NCBI RefSeq assembly: GCF_009914755.1
Contig: NC_060943.1
Reading direction: 5' to 3' (one strand)
Length of the DNA: 64,000 nucleotides
From: the human T2T-CHM13v2.0 reference genome, Homo sapiens
Shown here piece after piece: positions 1 through 19,474 of this stretch. The translations under genes were made by a program, and so were the position numbers. Numbering within the stretch: the first letter of the stretch is position 1; each line of letters begins with the position of its first letter. Below the pieces are notes generated by a model. That model did no database searches, had not been told where the DNA came from, and saw only the letters and a program-made list of their open reading frames with translations.

Positions 1-447
1 CTGACTGATATATGTTTTCAGTGCTTTCCCCCCAGAGAGGTGGGAAAAAAGGTCTACTGCTCTGTAAAAAACCGAACATAATTATTATTGCTTTAAAATT
101 CCTCATTTGATTCTTTATCATCTGACATCCCAGGTACTTACACTAATTATTTTTATTTATCTATGGAAACTCTGTAATTATGAACTGTGTTTTGAAACGC
201 CAATAATATCTACTTAATTTCTCATTGAAATAAGGCTTTATATTTTGCTCTATTTAAAAACTGTCATATTACTTTTATCGCTTCTGTACTTTCTATTAAA
301 AATCACATATTCTGAGAAAAAACAGAGGAATGATAAAACATTAACTAATATAAATGAGTAGGTATTGAGAGGAAGAGATGGAGGTGGTCTCTCTTTTTCT
401 CTCTCTCTCTCTACTGTATCATTAAATTTTTTGTTATTGCCATCAGC

Positions 448-563
448 ATATATATATGTATATATATGTGTATATATGTATATATATGTGTATATATGTA
501 TATATGTGTATATATGTGTGTATATATGCATATATGTGTATATATATGTATATATATGTATAT
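448..563. repeat. (TA/TG)n low-complexity microsatellite
   Basis: tatatgtg/tatatatg iterations, absent from the paralogue at ~47465. Confidence 0.95.
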
Positions 564-1860
564 AAAATATGTTCTCTAATCTAACTGAAAAAAAAAAACT
601 CTGTAGCACAAACCTCCTTCTGAACGTTACAACCAATCTCTGTTCTCCTTGACAGCAAATACAAGGGCCACTACCACTTCAGTTCTCTACTTCCTCATTT
701 CACATTTTCACAACAACCCATTCTATATGGGTTCCTTTCCTGATTACTGCACCAGGACTACTCTTATTATGGATAACAGTGACATCTGTTGCCATGTTAC
801 CGCACTGCAGGTTCAGACATTTGGTGCTTGGCTAAGAATCCAATGGGGGGAAATCTACCATCTCTCAGGTAACAGTGGAATCTTATGCCCCTAAGCATAT
901 ATGACTCAGTTGACCAGTCCTTTCATCTTTGAATAGATAATGTTCCTGGTGACATCACTCGTGTTTGGTTTCCCTCCCACCTCAGTGACTTCTCTTTCTC
1001 AATTTCCTTGATTGGCCCTTTTCTGACTTTTAAATATTGGTGTACCCAAGGGCCCAATTCTAGACCCCCTCACCTATTTGTGTCAATGTAGTCATCCTAG
1101 GTAATTTGTCCCTATAACTTGAAATCCCACCTGTCCATTGATGACCCCTCCCAAATCTCCATCATAATCCACAACCTCTTCTCAGAAGAAGTCCTGACTG
1201 GTATCTACCTCCCTCCTCTGCATTTCCACTTGAAAATCTAACTGAAGTATTTTATGTGGCATGACCAAAACAGAACTATCAATCTGATTCTTCCCAAGAA
1301 ACTGATTGCCATGTTTTCCACATCATTTCCAATTTTAGAAAAAGTCACCACCCTCTACCTAATATCTTAAGTACCAAATATGAGTTATTCCTGATTCTTT
1401 TACTGTCATCCATCACCAAATCACATTGACTCTATGTCAGAAACATCGATCAAATCTGTGTGTTTCTTTTCTATGCACTGCTATCACGTGACTCCAATCC
1501 ACCTCCATCTGGATGACTGTAATAGTCTCCTAATTCTTCTTTCTGCTTCCACTCTTGCTTTGTAGCAATCCATCTTTACAAACCTTTTTCATAGTGTAAG
1601 CATCATCATGCTCCTCCCCTGATTAACACCCTATAATAGCTGTCTATTGCACTAATAAAACAAACATTTAAAGCCTTTCTCTAGGAAAGCCTCATATTAT
1701 CTGGTTCTTGCGTATTCTCTCATGTCATGTTTCTTCTCACTTATTATGATGTAACTACACTAGTAGTATTTTTATTTCTCAAACACACCAAGCTTACTCT
1801 TGTCTCACAGTCTTTGTACTAACCACTCCTCTGCCTGGAATATTTCTTCTCTTGAACTTC

Positions 1861-2549
1861 TGAAACCACCTTTGCAAAACTATGACCGAGACAGTGAAAG
1901 AGCTCTAATTTAATCAACTCCATCTTGCTTCTAACCTCCGAGCTGTCCTTGTTCATTTCTGGGTGTAGGCTGAACTGACTTTGGGAAAAACTTAGTTTGT
2001 AGTTTAAAACAAAGATGATAACAGCCCTTTCCCAAAGCAGACCTCCTTCTTCCCTGGGGACTAGATTGCCTTGTAGAACTAACATTAGCCACAAGATTAG
2101 AAATTATGGTTTAGGAGTCATGCAGCTGGAGGCTACAAGATTCTGACCCTCCCTAAACTGCTCCTAAGATCAGTGTTTGAGATATTTTGCAGACTCTACA
2201 CTTGATGGATCAGCTGGCACCACCCAGATGGATAAACTGGCTCATCTGATCTTGTGGCCTCCACCCAGGAACTGACTCACTGCAAGAAGACAGTTTCAAT
2301 TCCCTGTGATTTCATCTCTGACCCAACCAATCAACACTCTTGGCTCCCCGGCTTCCCCCCACCCACCAAGTTCTTCTTCAAAACTCTGCTCTCTGAATGG
2401 TTGGGGAGGCTGATTTGAGTAATAATGAAACTCCAGTCTCCTGCATAGCTGGCTCTGCGTGACTTACTCTTTCTCTGTTGCAATTTCCCCGCCTTGATAA
2501 ATTGACTCTGTCTAGGCAGCCGGCAAGGTGAACCCATTGGGTGGTTACA
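1861..2549 (+). mobile_element. LTR8 solo LTR (ERV1)
   Basis: TGAAACCACCTTTGCAAAA...GGTTACA with 4-bp TSD CTTC. Empty site at ~49100. Confidence 0.88.
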
Positions 2550-3239
2550 CTTCACATTAGCAGTTCATGTAATTCTGATTTCAGCTCACATGTCACCTCC
2601 TCAAGATATTGTTTTCTGAGCCTCTAAGATAAAGTAGCCTCTCAGTCACTCTCCATTCTAGTCCATGAAACTGTACTTATTCTCTTGATAACCTTCATTG
2701 CTGCCTTCTGTCAATCACAAAATTACCCTTTTCCCTCAATCTTTACAATCACTGATCTGAGTGCCTTTGCATTTCTCACTCTCTGTCTCTTCATCTATTG
2801 AAACAGCCTCTGCATTCACCTGCTATTCTGTGAAAGGGGAGTAGATTTCCACCGAATGATGTCTGCGCCAGTTCTGGTAGAGCTTGGTAAGCATGAGTTA
2901 GAAATTTGGAAACCACTGGAGAATGAAGAGCAGGGGAATGTCATGATTTGCTATGTTTTTAAAATTTTTATATTGACTCTGAAGCCGAATAGCAACTTTC
3001 AAAAGAGTAAATATTTTCCATTTTAATTAAGTCCAATTTATACTTTTTTCTTCTATGGATTGTGCTTTTGGTGTCGTGTCTATGAACTCCCTGCTTAGCC
3101 TTAAGTCTTCACTATTTCTTCTATGTTTTCTTCTAAAAAGTTAGTAGTTTTGCATTTAATATTTAAATCTGTAATCCATTTTGGATTAGTTTTTATAAAG
3201 GAGGTAAAACTTAGATTGAGGGTTTTTTGTTTGTTTTTA

Positions 3240-3538
3240 TTTATTTATTTTTTTTCGAGACGGAGTTTCGCTCCTGTCGCCCAGGCTGGAGTGCTGTGGC
3301 ACAACCTCGGCTCACTGCAAGCTCCGCCCTGCCGGGTTCACGCCATTCTCCTGCTTCAGCCTCCCGAGTAGCTGGGACTACAGGCGCCCACCACCACGCC
3401 CGGCTAATTTTTTGTATTTTTAGTAGAGACAGGTTTCACCGTGTTAGCCAGGATGGTCTCGATCTCCTGACCTCGTGATCCACCCGCCTCGGCCTCCTAA
3501 AGTGCTGGGACTACAGGTGTGAGCCACCGCGCCCTGCC
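3240..3538 (-). mobile_element. AluY-like
   Basis: Diagnostic 'gcaagctccgcc' and 'ccgtgttagccaggatgg'. Confidence 0.9.
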
Positions 3539-3549
3539 TAGAATCTCTT

Positions 3550-3795
3550 ACATGTTCTCACTCCTAAGTGGGAGTTGAACAATGAGAACACATGGACACA
3601 GGGATGGGGAATATCACACACTGGGGTCTGTCGGGGGCTGGGGGGCTAGGGGAGGGATAGCATTAGGAGAAATACCTAATGCAGATGACAGGTTGATGGG
3701 TGCAGCAAACCACCATGGCACATGTATACCTATGAAACAAACCTGCACATTCTGCACGTGTACCCCAGAACTTAAAGTAAAAAAGAAAAGAAAAG
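3550..3795 (+). mobile_element. L1PA 3' end fragment
   Basis: 'catgttctcactc...aatgagaacacatggacacaggg...agaacttaaagta' followed by an A-rich tail. Confidence 0.9.
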
Positions 3796-4312
3796 AAATT
3801 ATTCTTCAACTTCACATTCTTCTACTCACTCCAAAGAGTCTATTGTACTCCAAAGCGTCTATTAAGTATGCCCTTAACAAGCTCCCCATCCCCAGAGATA
3901 TGTTCTTCATCTGGATTTTATATTCCACCAGCTGGGTCCTTGCTCTGGGAAGTTCTAGGTCCTGATCTCCTGGAGAGAGTCACTGTCATGTAATTTTCAC
4001 AGCAGAAGTTAGCCCAAGGGACAGGAGGAGGAGTAAGAGAACTGAAACCAGTTGGGGAACAGGAAACAGAAAGCAGAGCTCCTTCTGATTTTTAATGGCC
4101 CTAAGAACACACCAATATACTACTTGTTTTAATAGCAGTGGATTGTTGTGGGCCCATTTAGGAACTAAAGTACCTGACTGTGTTTCTCAACCTCAGTCTT
4201 TGTGGGATGCAGAGATTCAACCCTCTCAACCTAAAGGGCCAAGGAATCTGGGTGTCCAGGACCCTTCTCTCTCCAAGGGTCAAGGTAAAGAGAGGAGCAA
4301 GTACTGTAATGA

Positions 4313-4864
4313 TGTCAGAGGCACTGGAACCAGAGCAACTCCATGTTGAATAGTAGCTGGGTAAAATTAGGCTGAGACCTACTGGGCTGCATTCCCAGAC
4401 AGTGAAGGCATTCTAAGTCACAGGATGAGATAGGAGTTCAGCACAAAAAAACAGGTCATAAAGACCTTGCTGATAAAACAGGTTGCAGTAAAGAAGCCGG
4501 CCAAAAGCCACCAAAATCAAGATGGCCACGAGAGTGACCTCTGGTCGTCCTCACTGCTACACCCCCACCAGTGCCATGACAGGTTACAGATGCCATGGCA
4601 ACGTCAGGAAGTTACCCTATATGGTCTAAAAAGGGGAGGAATGAATAATCCACCCCTTGTTTAGCGTATCATCAAGAAATAACCATAAAAATGGCCAACT
4701 AGCAGCCCTCAGGGCTACTTTGTCTATGGAATAGCCATGCTTTATTCCTTTACTTTCTTAATAAACTTGTTTTCACTTTATTCTATGGAGTCACGCTGAA
4801 TTCTTCCTTGTGCGAGATCAAGAACCCTCCCTTGGGGTCTGGATCAGGACCCCTTCCAGTAACA
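4313..4864 (+). mobile_element. MER41A-type solo LTR
   Basis: TGTCAGAGGC...GGTCTGGATCAGGACCCC..TAACA, ~550 bp. Lacks the MER41B GAS block. Confidence 0.85.
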
Positions 4865-6319
4865 GAAGAATTAGAGGGAAGCAATGAAAGGCAGAATGAA
4901 GACGAGAAGGATGGAGACCAAAACCACTGAGAGATTGAAGGGAGGCAGAGAAGTTGACAGGACAGAGCATCCACACCCAGGCACCCCAAGATTAACCCCA
5001 TAATTTTTGGCTCCAGTGGAAGCTCATTTGTAGGTTTCTAGTGCAAAGAGGTGGTGGGCTTTCTGAAATATTAGGTTCTATCCAAGGGTATCAGAGTGGT
5101 ATGGAGATAAATGGGAAGCAGAGACAGAAATAAGGTAGTCCACCTAAAAGCATTATTCCCAAGGCTTTGTGTCATTAAGGCTGTTTACAATTTTAAGTAG
5201 TTTATAATTTAAAATTACACCTAACAATGGCTTAAACCAAAGACAACATTTATGGTTTATTTGCTTTCCAAGAATTTTGCAAGTGAGTAGTACTAAATTA
5301 CTTTCTGTCCAAATTATATCATTTAATAAGTTTATTTTGATCTTTTCACTTTTTCATCACTATTTTGGTGTGTTTTTTTTTTCCTGGAAATTGCCACCTC
5401 ACGGCCCCAAGATAGCTGCCATAGCTCCTGGTCTCACAATACAGCATCTCATGCCAGGAAGATAGGGATGAAATGAAAAAATACTGAAAATTTTAGATCT
5501 GAGGCGAGATATGTTCAGATTTATTTTATAAAAATTTATCTTTGGGTCCTAATAACAAGAAGCATTTTAGAAGATTCCCAAGGAAGGAAGGGTAAGAAGT
5601 ATAGATGTGTCTAAGAGGCACAAGGAAACCAAAATACTGTGTGTGTGTGATGGTTGGGAGGGGGGAATTAAAATAAGGGAAATGGCAGAGGACACCATTA
5701 TGCATAAAGGAGAAGGACCCAGATGTCAAGAGAAAAAAAGAGGCAAAGGACCCCACAGAGACTAATTGCCAAACACATTTGCAAGTCTTTTGAAGTCCAA
5801 TTATTCTTCCTAAAACTGGGTTCCTGGATGCCTCTGCATGTTTCCCATAAACTCTCGTTATTAAAACATAAGCAGTTGGGTATGGTGGCTCACACCTGTA
5901 ATCCCAGCACTTTGGGAGGTCGAGGTGGACGGATCACCAGGCTGGTCAGGAGTTCGAGACCAGCCTGGCCAACACGGCGAGACCCCATCTGTGCTAAAAA
6001 TACAGAAATAAGCCGAGCATGGTGGCGCATGCCTATAATCCCAGCTACTCAGGAGGCTGAGGCAGGAGAATCACTTGAACCTGGGAAGTGGAGGTTGCGG
6101 TGAGCTGAGATCATGCCACTGTATTCCAACCTGGTTGACAGATCAAGACTCCATCTAAAAAAAAAAAAAAAAAAAAAAAAAAACCAAAACATAAGTAGGT
6201 TTTCTTTCTTGCTACGAAATGGCCCATGATTAACAAAAATGCCTAGAGGCAAGTAAACAGAATAAGAGTCTTAAAATGAACTTTCACTCCAATGGGGCAA
6301 AAATCATCTAAGGATCGTC

Positions 6320-8850
<2,531 letters not shown>

Positions 8851-10827
8851 GATGCAGCAATAGTAACTTTAGGAATGTGGAATTTATAAAGAGCACTCAT
8901 TCTTCCCCATTCCCCACAGCCATCCAGTCTCCAAGGCTGGTCTACTCAGCCTGGACAATCTGTCTCTAAGCTACGCCTCTTCTTGATCACACTATTCCTG
9001 CCCTGGGTAGCTCTTCAAGAACCTTACCTTGATTTCTGGCAACATTCTCCATTCTAATATCTCTGTCTCCAATTAGAAACATTCTCAAAGGCATCCCTTT
9101 GCAGGACTACAGAACAATATTTTTCAGAAGCACACACCTGACAAGTCACTGTCCTGCTTAAATGGTTATTCATGTTATTATGAAGAAATTCCAAGTCCTT
9201 CTTGTAGCATTCAGGACCCTCCAACAGATGGCTTCTGCCACTTGCTACACACTCAGTGTTTATTGCTGTCTGCCTCACCATCTATGCTCCAATAACCGCA
9301 GGTAACCTGCTATTTTTTGACCCTTTCCTGCGTGCTTTCACTCTCCTCTGCCTGGAATGTATTTTTTTTTGCTTCTTTATCTGAGTCTTTAAGATTCATC
9401 CCGGATGTTATCTGCATTGCACTTGGAAGTGACCCTGGACCCTGTCAGTCTCAGTTAGTTGTTCCTTTTGGGAAATCTCATAATGAACCAGGCATCTGTC
9501 TATCACTATATACCCCCACTCTACTGTGACTGCTTAGGGAAATGGCAGAGGACACCATTGTGCACAAAGGGTGCATAAGACTATGCTTAGTCACAGTAGA
9601 GTGACGCTGTCACCTCTTTACCTGGGTAGTCGGCATCTCCAGGGTAAGGCACATGTCTGTTTAAGCTCTATGTCTGCAGGAGCCAGCAAGGGAGCACCTC
9701 TTCAGAGGCCTCATGCAATACCCACCACCCTTTATTATACTGATAAGTAAATTCCATTTTAATCAGGTGGCAGGTAGCAATGTGCCACTGTCCTAGGAAA
9801 GCAATCATGATTGGCCTAAGCCAATATGAGCAACTTGTCTTTTTTTTTTTTTTTTTTTTTTTTGAGGTAAGGTATTGCTCATTGCCCAGGCTCGAGGGCA
9901 GTGGCATCATCATGGCTCACTGCAGCCTCAACTTCCCTGACAAAGCAGTCCTCCCACTTCACCTCCTGAGTAGCTGGAACTACAGGTCCACACCACCACA
10001 CCCAGCTAATATTTTTTTGGTTTTAGAGATGGGGTCTCACTATGTTGCCCAGGCTGGTCTTGAACTCCTGAGCTCAAGCAATCTTCCTGTCTTGGCCTCC
10101 CCAAATTCTGGCATTACAGGCGTGAGCCACTGTCCCTGACCTTTATTTTTATGTATCGGTATTTTTGTTATTTCTTGGCCATTGATTGGTCTAGAGATGG
10201 CATGCTCTGGCAATGAAAGACAAGGAGAGGTCCTGAAGAGACTCTGGACAAGGTTTCCCTCTGTAATAAAATGGAAGAGGCATGTGAATGAGTCACATTT
10301 TCTGCCTGTCTCATGATTCTGGCTCGGGAGGGCCTGTTGATGCAATGTCCAGAACAGTGGCAGCCATTCTGTGGTCACTTTCAAGAAAGCCCTAGAAGAA
10401 AACCAATATGATGATGGAGTGGAAGGGTGACATTAAACTCAATTTTTGTTCAAACTCCAGATCTATCCCCTTCCAAAACTTTTTTTAATAATAAATTTCT
10501 CCATGGCTTATGTGCTTCATTGGTTTACTCTACCTTATCACTGAAAACATCCAGTGAATCAGAGAGAAAATAGAAAATAGTTGACTCTTGTTTTGTGGCT
10601 CTCCACTGTTTTTCATGGTTCTATTCCTTGGGCTTGAGAACAACATTCTGATGGTGTTTAAAAACTCAGAAAGAGCCCATCTCCTTAGATCAGTAGTCCA
10701 TAGAGCATCTCCCTAGGGGCAGAAGGTTAGGGGGTTAATCTCGGCAATGGTGTGGAGTGTACAGTGTCTCTCATTTACCTTCCTTACCTCTCTACATGCT
10801 CCTAGTTACTGCTTCTCTTTGTAACTC

Positions 10828-11620
10828 TGAGGTATGAAATACCTCAAAGCATATTTGATTTTGTCACAGATTTCTGGCACAGGGCTCTTAAAACCCTTGG
10901 AATTCCCTGAGTGATAGGAGTATTATTTGTTATTCATAAACAGCCCCTTTTGATCATAGCTGAGTTTATGCTAAGGAGATCATGGCCTTAGGATGGGACT
11001 GGTCACCAGAAAGACCAAGGGATTAGAGGGTTGGAGCTGTCAGCCCCACCTACTGATCTCCAGGAAGGGGAGGCAGGGACTGGAGATTGAGTTCCATAAA
11101 AACTCTTGAACAATGAGATTTGATGAGCTTCCACATTGGTGAACACTCAGGAGTGCTGGGAGAGTGGCTGCCTGAAGAGAGCATGGAAGCTCCATGCACC
11201 ACCCAACCCCTTCCCTGCCATATACCTGCCATATGCCTCTTTCCAATGGACTATTCCTGAGGTATATTCCTTATATAAAGCAACAGATGCAAACAAAGTG
11301 CTTTCCTGAGTTCTGTGTGCCATTCTAGCAATTTATTGGTGTCATTGGAACACCCAATTTATAGCCTGTCAGTCAGAAGTACAAGTAGCCACCTGGGACT
11401 TGCAACAGATGTCTGATCTGATCTGAGAACAGTTTGTGGGAGTGAGCCCTTTAGCTTTTCGGATCTGAGCTGAATCCAGGTAGACAGCATCATAACCGAA
11501 TTTTTAATTGCAGGTGGCCCAGGTGGTGTCCCCAGAGAATTGGAGAATTTCTTGGTGTAGAGAAAAAGTATATTTGGTCAGAAGGATTGTGAAAGTAGAG
11601 AATCGAGTTTTTGTTTCACC
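10828..11620 (+). mobile_element. MER21-family LTR (paralogue 32300-34115 is broken by Alus)
   Basis: 'aaaacccttggaatt', 'gagagcatggaagctccatg' and 'gtcagaagtaca' motifs. Confidence 0.75.
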
Positions 11621-11939
11621 GTGCATCTTTGTTTTTTTATTGTTTTTCCTCTCATTCTTCTCACCTTGGTAATTGTTTCTTTCATTTTCCTGAATCTCTG
11701 AAAAGAAAGGGCCTGGACTCTCAGATTTCTTGGCCTTTGATATTTGGAAGGATGAACTCCAGTCTCCCACAGAAGGCTAGAGGTGAAGGAACATTCAGAC
11801 ACATAAGTTTCCAAGATAAATCGTCTGAGAACATCTCCAAGGTGTCTTCTGGGAATGGTAAGAAACCCTGAGTTTGTGTCACTGGATTGATTCCAGCTCC
11901 ATTGTCCCCGTGTCCTTCAACTAAGTCTCTGCTGAAGCC

Positions 11940-12456
11940 TGTTCTATAAAAACAGCAAGTAAGTGGTTTGGACTGACCTATTGTACTAGGTTCGACAAAG
12001 CAAACCAAATGGAGTCAGTCATACTAAAACTCCACATCACCAAACCAAAACTAATGTATCTGAACTTTTGAGAAATCAGGAGAGAGAGAAAATGGACAAA
12101 TTCCTAAAACAGGCCAGTTTCAGTGGGCATGAACATGAAGTTCTGTCTGCTTTCATCTTTACAAAAAAAAAAAAAAAGCAATCTGTGGTAACTTGACTTC
12201 AATCAATCAGTTGTTCCTTATTGCTGTCTCTCTATTCCTGCTGCACAAAAAAAATGCAACATCCAGATGACCAATCAGGTTTTTGTTCTCTGTTTCTGCT
12301 TTCTTTAGCCCTCCTATCCCTGTAAAACCAACTTCCTTGGCTCTAACTATCAAAACACTCATTTTGTTTTATAGCATGACAGGCTGTCTGATTCCATCTT
12401 TATAACCAAAGCCAATTAAGATCTTAAAACCAAACATATAACTTCATCTTTTTACA
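11940..12456 (+). promoter_or_regulatory. MER34/MER39-like ERV1 solo LTR overlapping distal exon 1 (candidate promoter)
   Basis: LTR-like motifs 'caaaccaaatggagtcagtcat', 'gaccaatc', 'gccaattaagatctt', ending in CA. TATA position reads TGTAAAA (12321). Confidence 0.7.
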
Positions 12457-12525
12457 AGTACTTAGAGCCTGAGTTGCTCCACAGGAATCCAGGAACTGGG
12501 CACAGGAAAAGGATCTAAGCTGGTG
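12350..12525 (+). other. FPR3: Distal non-coding exon 1 of FPR3 (5' boundary approximate)
   Basis: Strong donor ctggtg|GTAAGT at 12526. The exon end 'gaaaaggatctaagctggtg' matches my recollection of the FPR3 5'UTR. It lies downstream of the LTR TATA position. Confidence 0.8.
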
Positions 12526-12662
12526 GTAAGTTGGGGTCTGAAAATTTTAAAGTTATTGTTGAAATGCCTGCTATATGACAGAGCCCTTCTAACTCTGGAG
12601 TAGCGTAGTCCAGTGAAGAATCCACTTCGTTAGTATGAAAACAATGTTAACTATTTCATTAA

Positions 12663-12887
<225 letters not shown>

Positions 12888-13149
12888 TAGTAGAGACGGG
12901 GTTTCAATATGTTGGCCAGGCTGGTCTTCAACTCCTGACCTCGTGATCTGCCCACCTCGGCCTCCCAAAGTGCTGGGATTACAGGCGTGAGCCAATGTGA
13001 CTGGCCAATTCTTTATCATATATGTAATTAAATAAAATTTATTACTAAAATAATTTCCCCAAAGGTGTTTTACTTTTTTAAAAACAGTGGCTACAAAAAA
13101 ATTTTGAGTCCCATATGTAGCTAAAGTTAACACATTATATTTCTACTGG

Positions 13150-14650
13150 ACATGTAGCATTGTAGAGATGTAGCATTGAAGGATCTTGATAGTCCTGTGG
13201 AGCTTACGTACTAGTGTGGAGGGTATTTAAGAGAGAAGATAAATGAACAAACAAATAAAGGAGAAAAGTATCTGGTGAGATAGGCTGTACCTGAGCATTC
13301 TGCTTTGCAGAGTGGGTGAGGTGGGATCTCTCTGAAATAATATTTGACCTGAAATATGAATATTCAGGATGAGCCAGGTGCAGGAAGCTCAAGACGAAGA
13401 GCACGGTAGGCAGAAGGAATAGAGAAAGCAGAAGCCCTGAGATGACAAAGAGCTGCAAGTTCAAGGAATTAGAGCCCAGTGGGTGGAGCCCAGTGTGTCT
13501 GATGAGAGTGCAGAGATGAGGTCTGAGGGATGCACAGGGCACATGTGGCAGTGGATAAGGGAACCTAGGATAAGGGAACCTAAGATAAGGGTAACTTAGA
13601 AGTCTGGAAGCCATCGGAAGGTATTGCGAATAACATCACCATCTTATTGGACCTTTTTAAAGCTCATTTGGTTTCTGTCTGGAGAATGGATCTTAGGGGA
13701 GGGGGCAGCAGGACCAGGAAAAAGCTATTTGCAAGGCTTGTGCAAATATCCAAGCCTGACAGGGCCATGGACACCGGTCGTGGAGATGGCAATGGCTCTG
13801 GCTGTGCATTCAGCATGTTCTGTAGATAGAATGAGTAAGACGTGGATGGCGTTGGGTGGTGAGGAAAAGAGAAATGAAAGGTGAGTTCTAGATCTGGAGC
13901 TTTAACAACTGAATATTTAATCTCCAAATAGATACAGAATATTGGAAGAGTGGCAGGTCTGGGAGGCAGAGAACATCAACAGTTTGGTAAAACCATGTGA
14001 GGTTTGGAGTCTATGGGACTCCCACGGGGAGAGGTTTTATCAGACTTGAGTGCCAGGGAGAGGCCACGGCTGATAATTTAGATGAAAAGACAGCATAATG
14101 GTTTAATCCCAGAGACTGGATGATATCATTTATAGAATGTGAGATACCCCAACATTTAGAGTCAAATTTAGAATAGAAAACACCGTAAATTGGACTAAAA
14201 AGAGGAAGAGAATCGAGCTGTAGAGACGACCAAGAGTGTATTGTGTGCACATATCTCTTGGATATATCTCATGGCATAGGAAAAATGTGTTTGAAAAGGG
14301 AGAAAGTGATCCAATGGGTCCTGTGTCATTGGGATATCAGGTCTTAAAAACTGAGAAGGACTCACTGGATTTGGCAGCCTGGGGGTCATAAGCATCCTTG
14401 GGAAAATGCATTAGGTGGAGTGCTAAGGACAGAAGTCAATGTGGAGTGGATTAAGGAGAACAGCTGAGGCGAAGAAGGAAAAGGAAGAATTAGAGACATT
14501 CTCTTTGGATGTTTGGCTGGAAATTCTGTCTTACAGACAGACCTTACAGAGAGGTCATTTGGCTAGATAGGGTTGAAGCTGGAAAGAAATATGCTTCAAA
14601 GGAGGTTTCTCTTGAAAGAGAGGGGGCGTGATTATGTGATAGAATGATCT
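13150..14650 (+). mobile_element. Degenerate L2 fragments (paralogue ~35620-37400)
   Basis: Purine-rich L2-like text such as 'ctgagaaggactcactggatttggca'. Confidence 0.6.
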
Positions 14651-15052
14651 AGTAGAAATACAATTTTCAATTTTTTTGGTATAAAAAATGATCTTTTATC
14701 CCTCACCACATCCCACCTCAATCTAAGTCTTAACTTTCTCGTCTGTACAATGGTTATACAAATTAAAACTAACATTAATCAATATTCACCGTGTCTCAGG
14801 GTGTGTTGAGTGCTTACACATATTAACACATCCCATCCACAGAGCCTATGAGAGGAGTTGTGAGGGTTAAGGGAGAAGCTCTTGGTGTGTGGATAATGTT
14901 CATAAGTAGAAGCTACTATTGCTATAAGCATCGTTCTTGTCCTGACCCTGAGCTTCATAGTGCAGGGTTCGGGATTGTACCCCACAACACAACACACAGC
15001 CTGGTGAGGGCTAAGAGTTCTAATTTGTTACAGATTTACCGACCTATCCTAG

Positions 15053-15229
<177 letters not shown>

Positions 15230-15389
15230 TGAAAATCAGTCTTTATCAAAAAACCATTTCAGTTCTGCAGAGGGGAAAATGGGGGCTCAAAGAGATGTCA
15301 CTGATCAAGAATTTACACCATCGAGGTGTCAGAGATAAGATCAGAGTAGAGATCTAACTGACTCCAAAGCCTGGTACTCTTTACACTGT

Positions 15390-15618
15390 TACAGTGACAC
15401 CCAACTGGCAGGGGGAGGGGGTGGGAGGTATTTTGCCTCCCAGGGGATCTTTGACAATGTCTTTTGGTTGTCACTCCTGAATGGGGAGTTGCTACTGGCA
15501 TCTCTGGATAGCGGCCAGGGGTGCCGCTAAACATCCTACTGTGTACAGAACAGTCCACCACAACAAAGAATTAACCAGCCCAAAATGCCATTGGTGTCAA
15601 AGCTGAGAAACCCTGAGC
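15390..15618 (+). mobile_element. MER20 DNA transposon (paralogue 38508-38725)
   Basis: 'gctactggcatct..ggatag.ggccagggg..gctaaacatcctac...gagaaaccctg'. Confidence 0.85.
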
Positions 15619-16017
15619 TACACTAAACAATGTCCCTGGGAAGACCTCAGTGAAAGTGACTGATAATGATAGGAAAAAAGAAGGAAATGAGTAAAAGAAA
15701 TAGGAGAAAAAATTTATTATACGAGGGCAGGACCCTATCCTGGTAATTTTGGAAGAACGCCTTTCAATGGCAGCACTTGAGCGTGCAAAGGTAGTGGCTC
15801 TGTTCGGTCTGGTTTACAAATCTTCCTGTCTCCACTGACTGGCTAGGTATGATGCTGAAAAAACTACAGGAGTCCCTGGGCCATGGATTCTCCCTAGTAA
15901 AAAAGGGATGATGATGGCTGCCTCACAGTGTTATTATGAGTATTAGATGTAAACAAGTGCTACATAATTGCTATCATTCTTAAAGAGGCTAAATAGCCCA
16001 GGGTGGGAAGATTCTCA

Positions 16018-17506
<1,489 letters not shown>

Positions 17507-17933
17507 TGTTCGGTTTTGAAGAGAAAGTGAGATTAAAGAAAGACACACAAAGACAGAGTGTCTCAACAGCAAATGCAGGCATTTATGTCCAGTATAAACC
17601 TGCAGAGGTGCCAGTGCCCACCACTGCTTACAGGCTGGGGCAATTACAGGCCTGGGTGGGAGAGGTCTGGAAGTGGAGCATGGCCCGTTGCCTGGGAAAA
17701 TGTTGATAACATGTTCCCATGATGAGGCGGTTTGGCACTTGTTCCTGCAGAATGTGATAGTGATGTTCCTTGGGCCTTTGCCCGGCAGAGTGTGATAAGG
17801 ATGTTCGTGTGCCTTGTGGTCAGGTGGTTGGGCAGGATGTTTCTCATGGCCCGAAACCCCATGGAATGTTTCACTTTGACCAAAGTCTGCAAAATGGTGG
17901 GGGGCTTACAAAGTGGTGCAGTTTGGACTAACT
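17507..17933 (-). mobile_element. LTR18-type solo LTR (ERVL)
   Basis: Reverse complement starts 'gttagtccaaactgcacc'. Near-TSD CTCAT/CTCAA. Homologous to 58220-58576. Confidence 0.8.
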
Positions 17934-17959
17934 CTCAATACCATTTTTTTTTCTTTTTT

Positions 17960-19455
<1,496 letters not shown>

Positions 19456-19474
19456 TGAGGGCTGCCTCAGCTCT

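Larger units (their letters stand above)
310..3225 (+). repeat. Paralogy block X (L2-rich); partner ~47335-49940
   Basis: Shared 'gcactgcaggttcagacatttggtgctt' and 'ctggtatctacctccctcctctgcatttccacttgaaaa'. LTR8 is present only in this copy. Confidence 0.9.

Noticed and set aside
250-636. 128-aa and 66-aa HIYTY/YIYV ORFs
   Set aside because: Translation of a TA-rich microsatellite.
3627-3660. G-quadruplex-like G runs
   Set aside because: Standard feature of the L1PA 3'UTR, not locus-specific.
4313-4864. MER41 as an interferon-gamma-inducible enhancer for FPR3
   Set aside because: This copy reads 'aaaaggggaggaatgaataatcc' and lacks the tandem GAS (TTCNNNGAA) block of MER41B, so the sequence gives no support.
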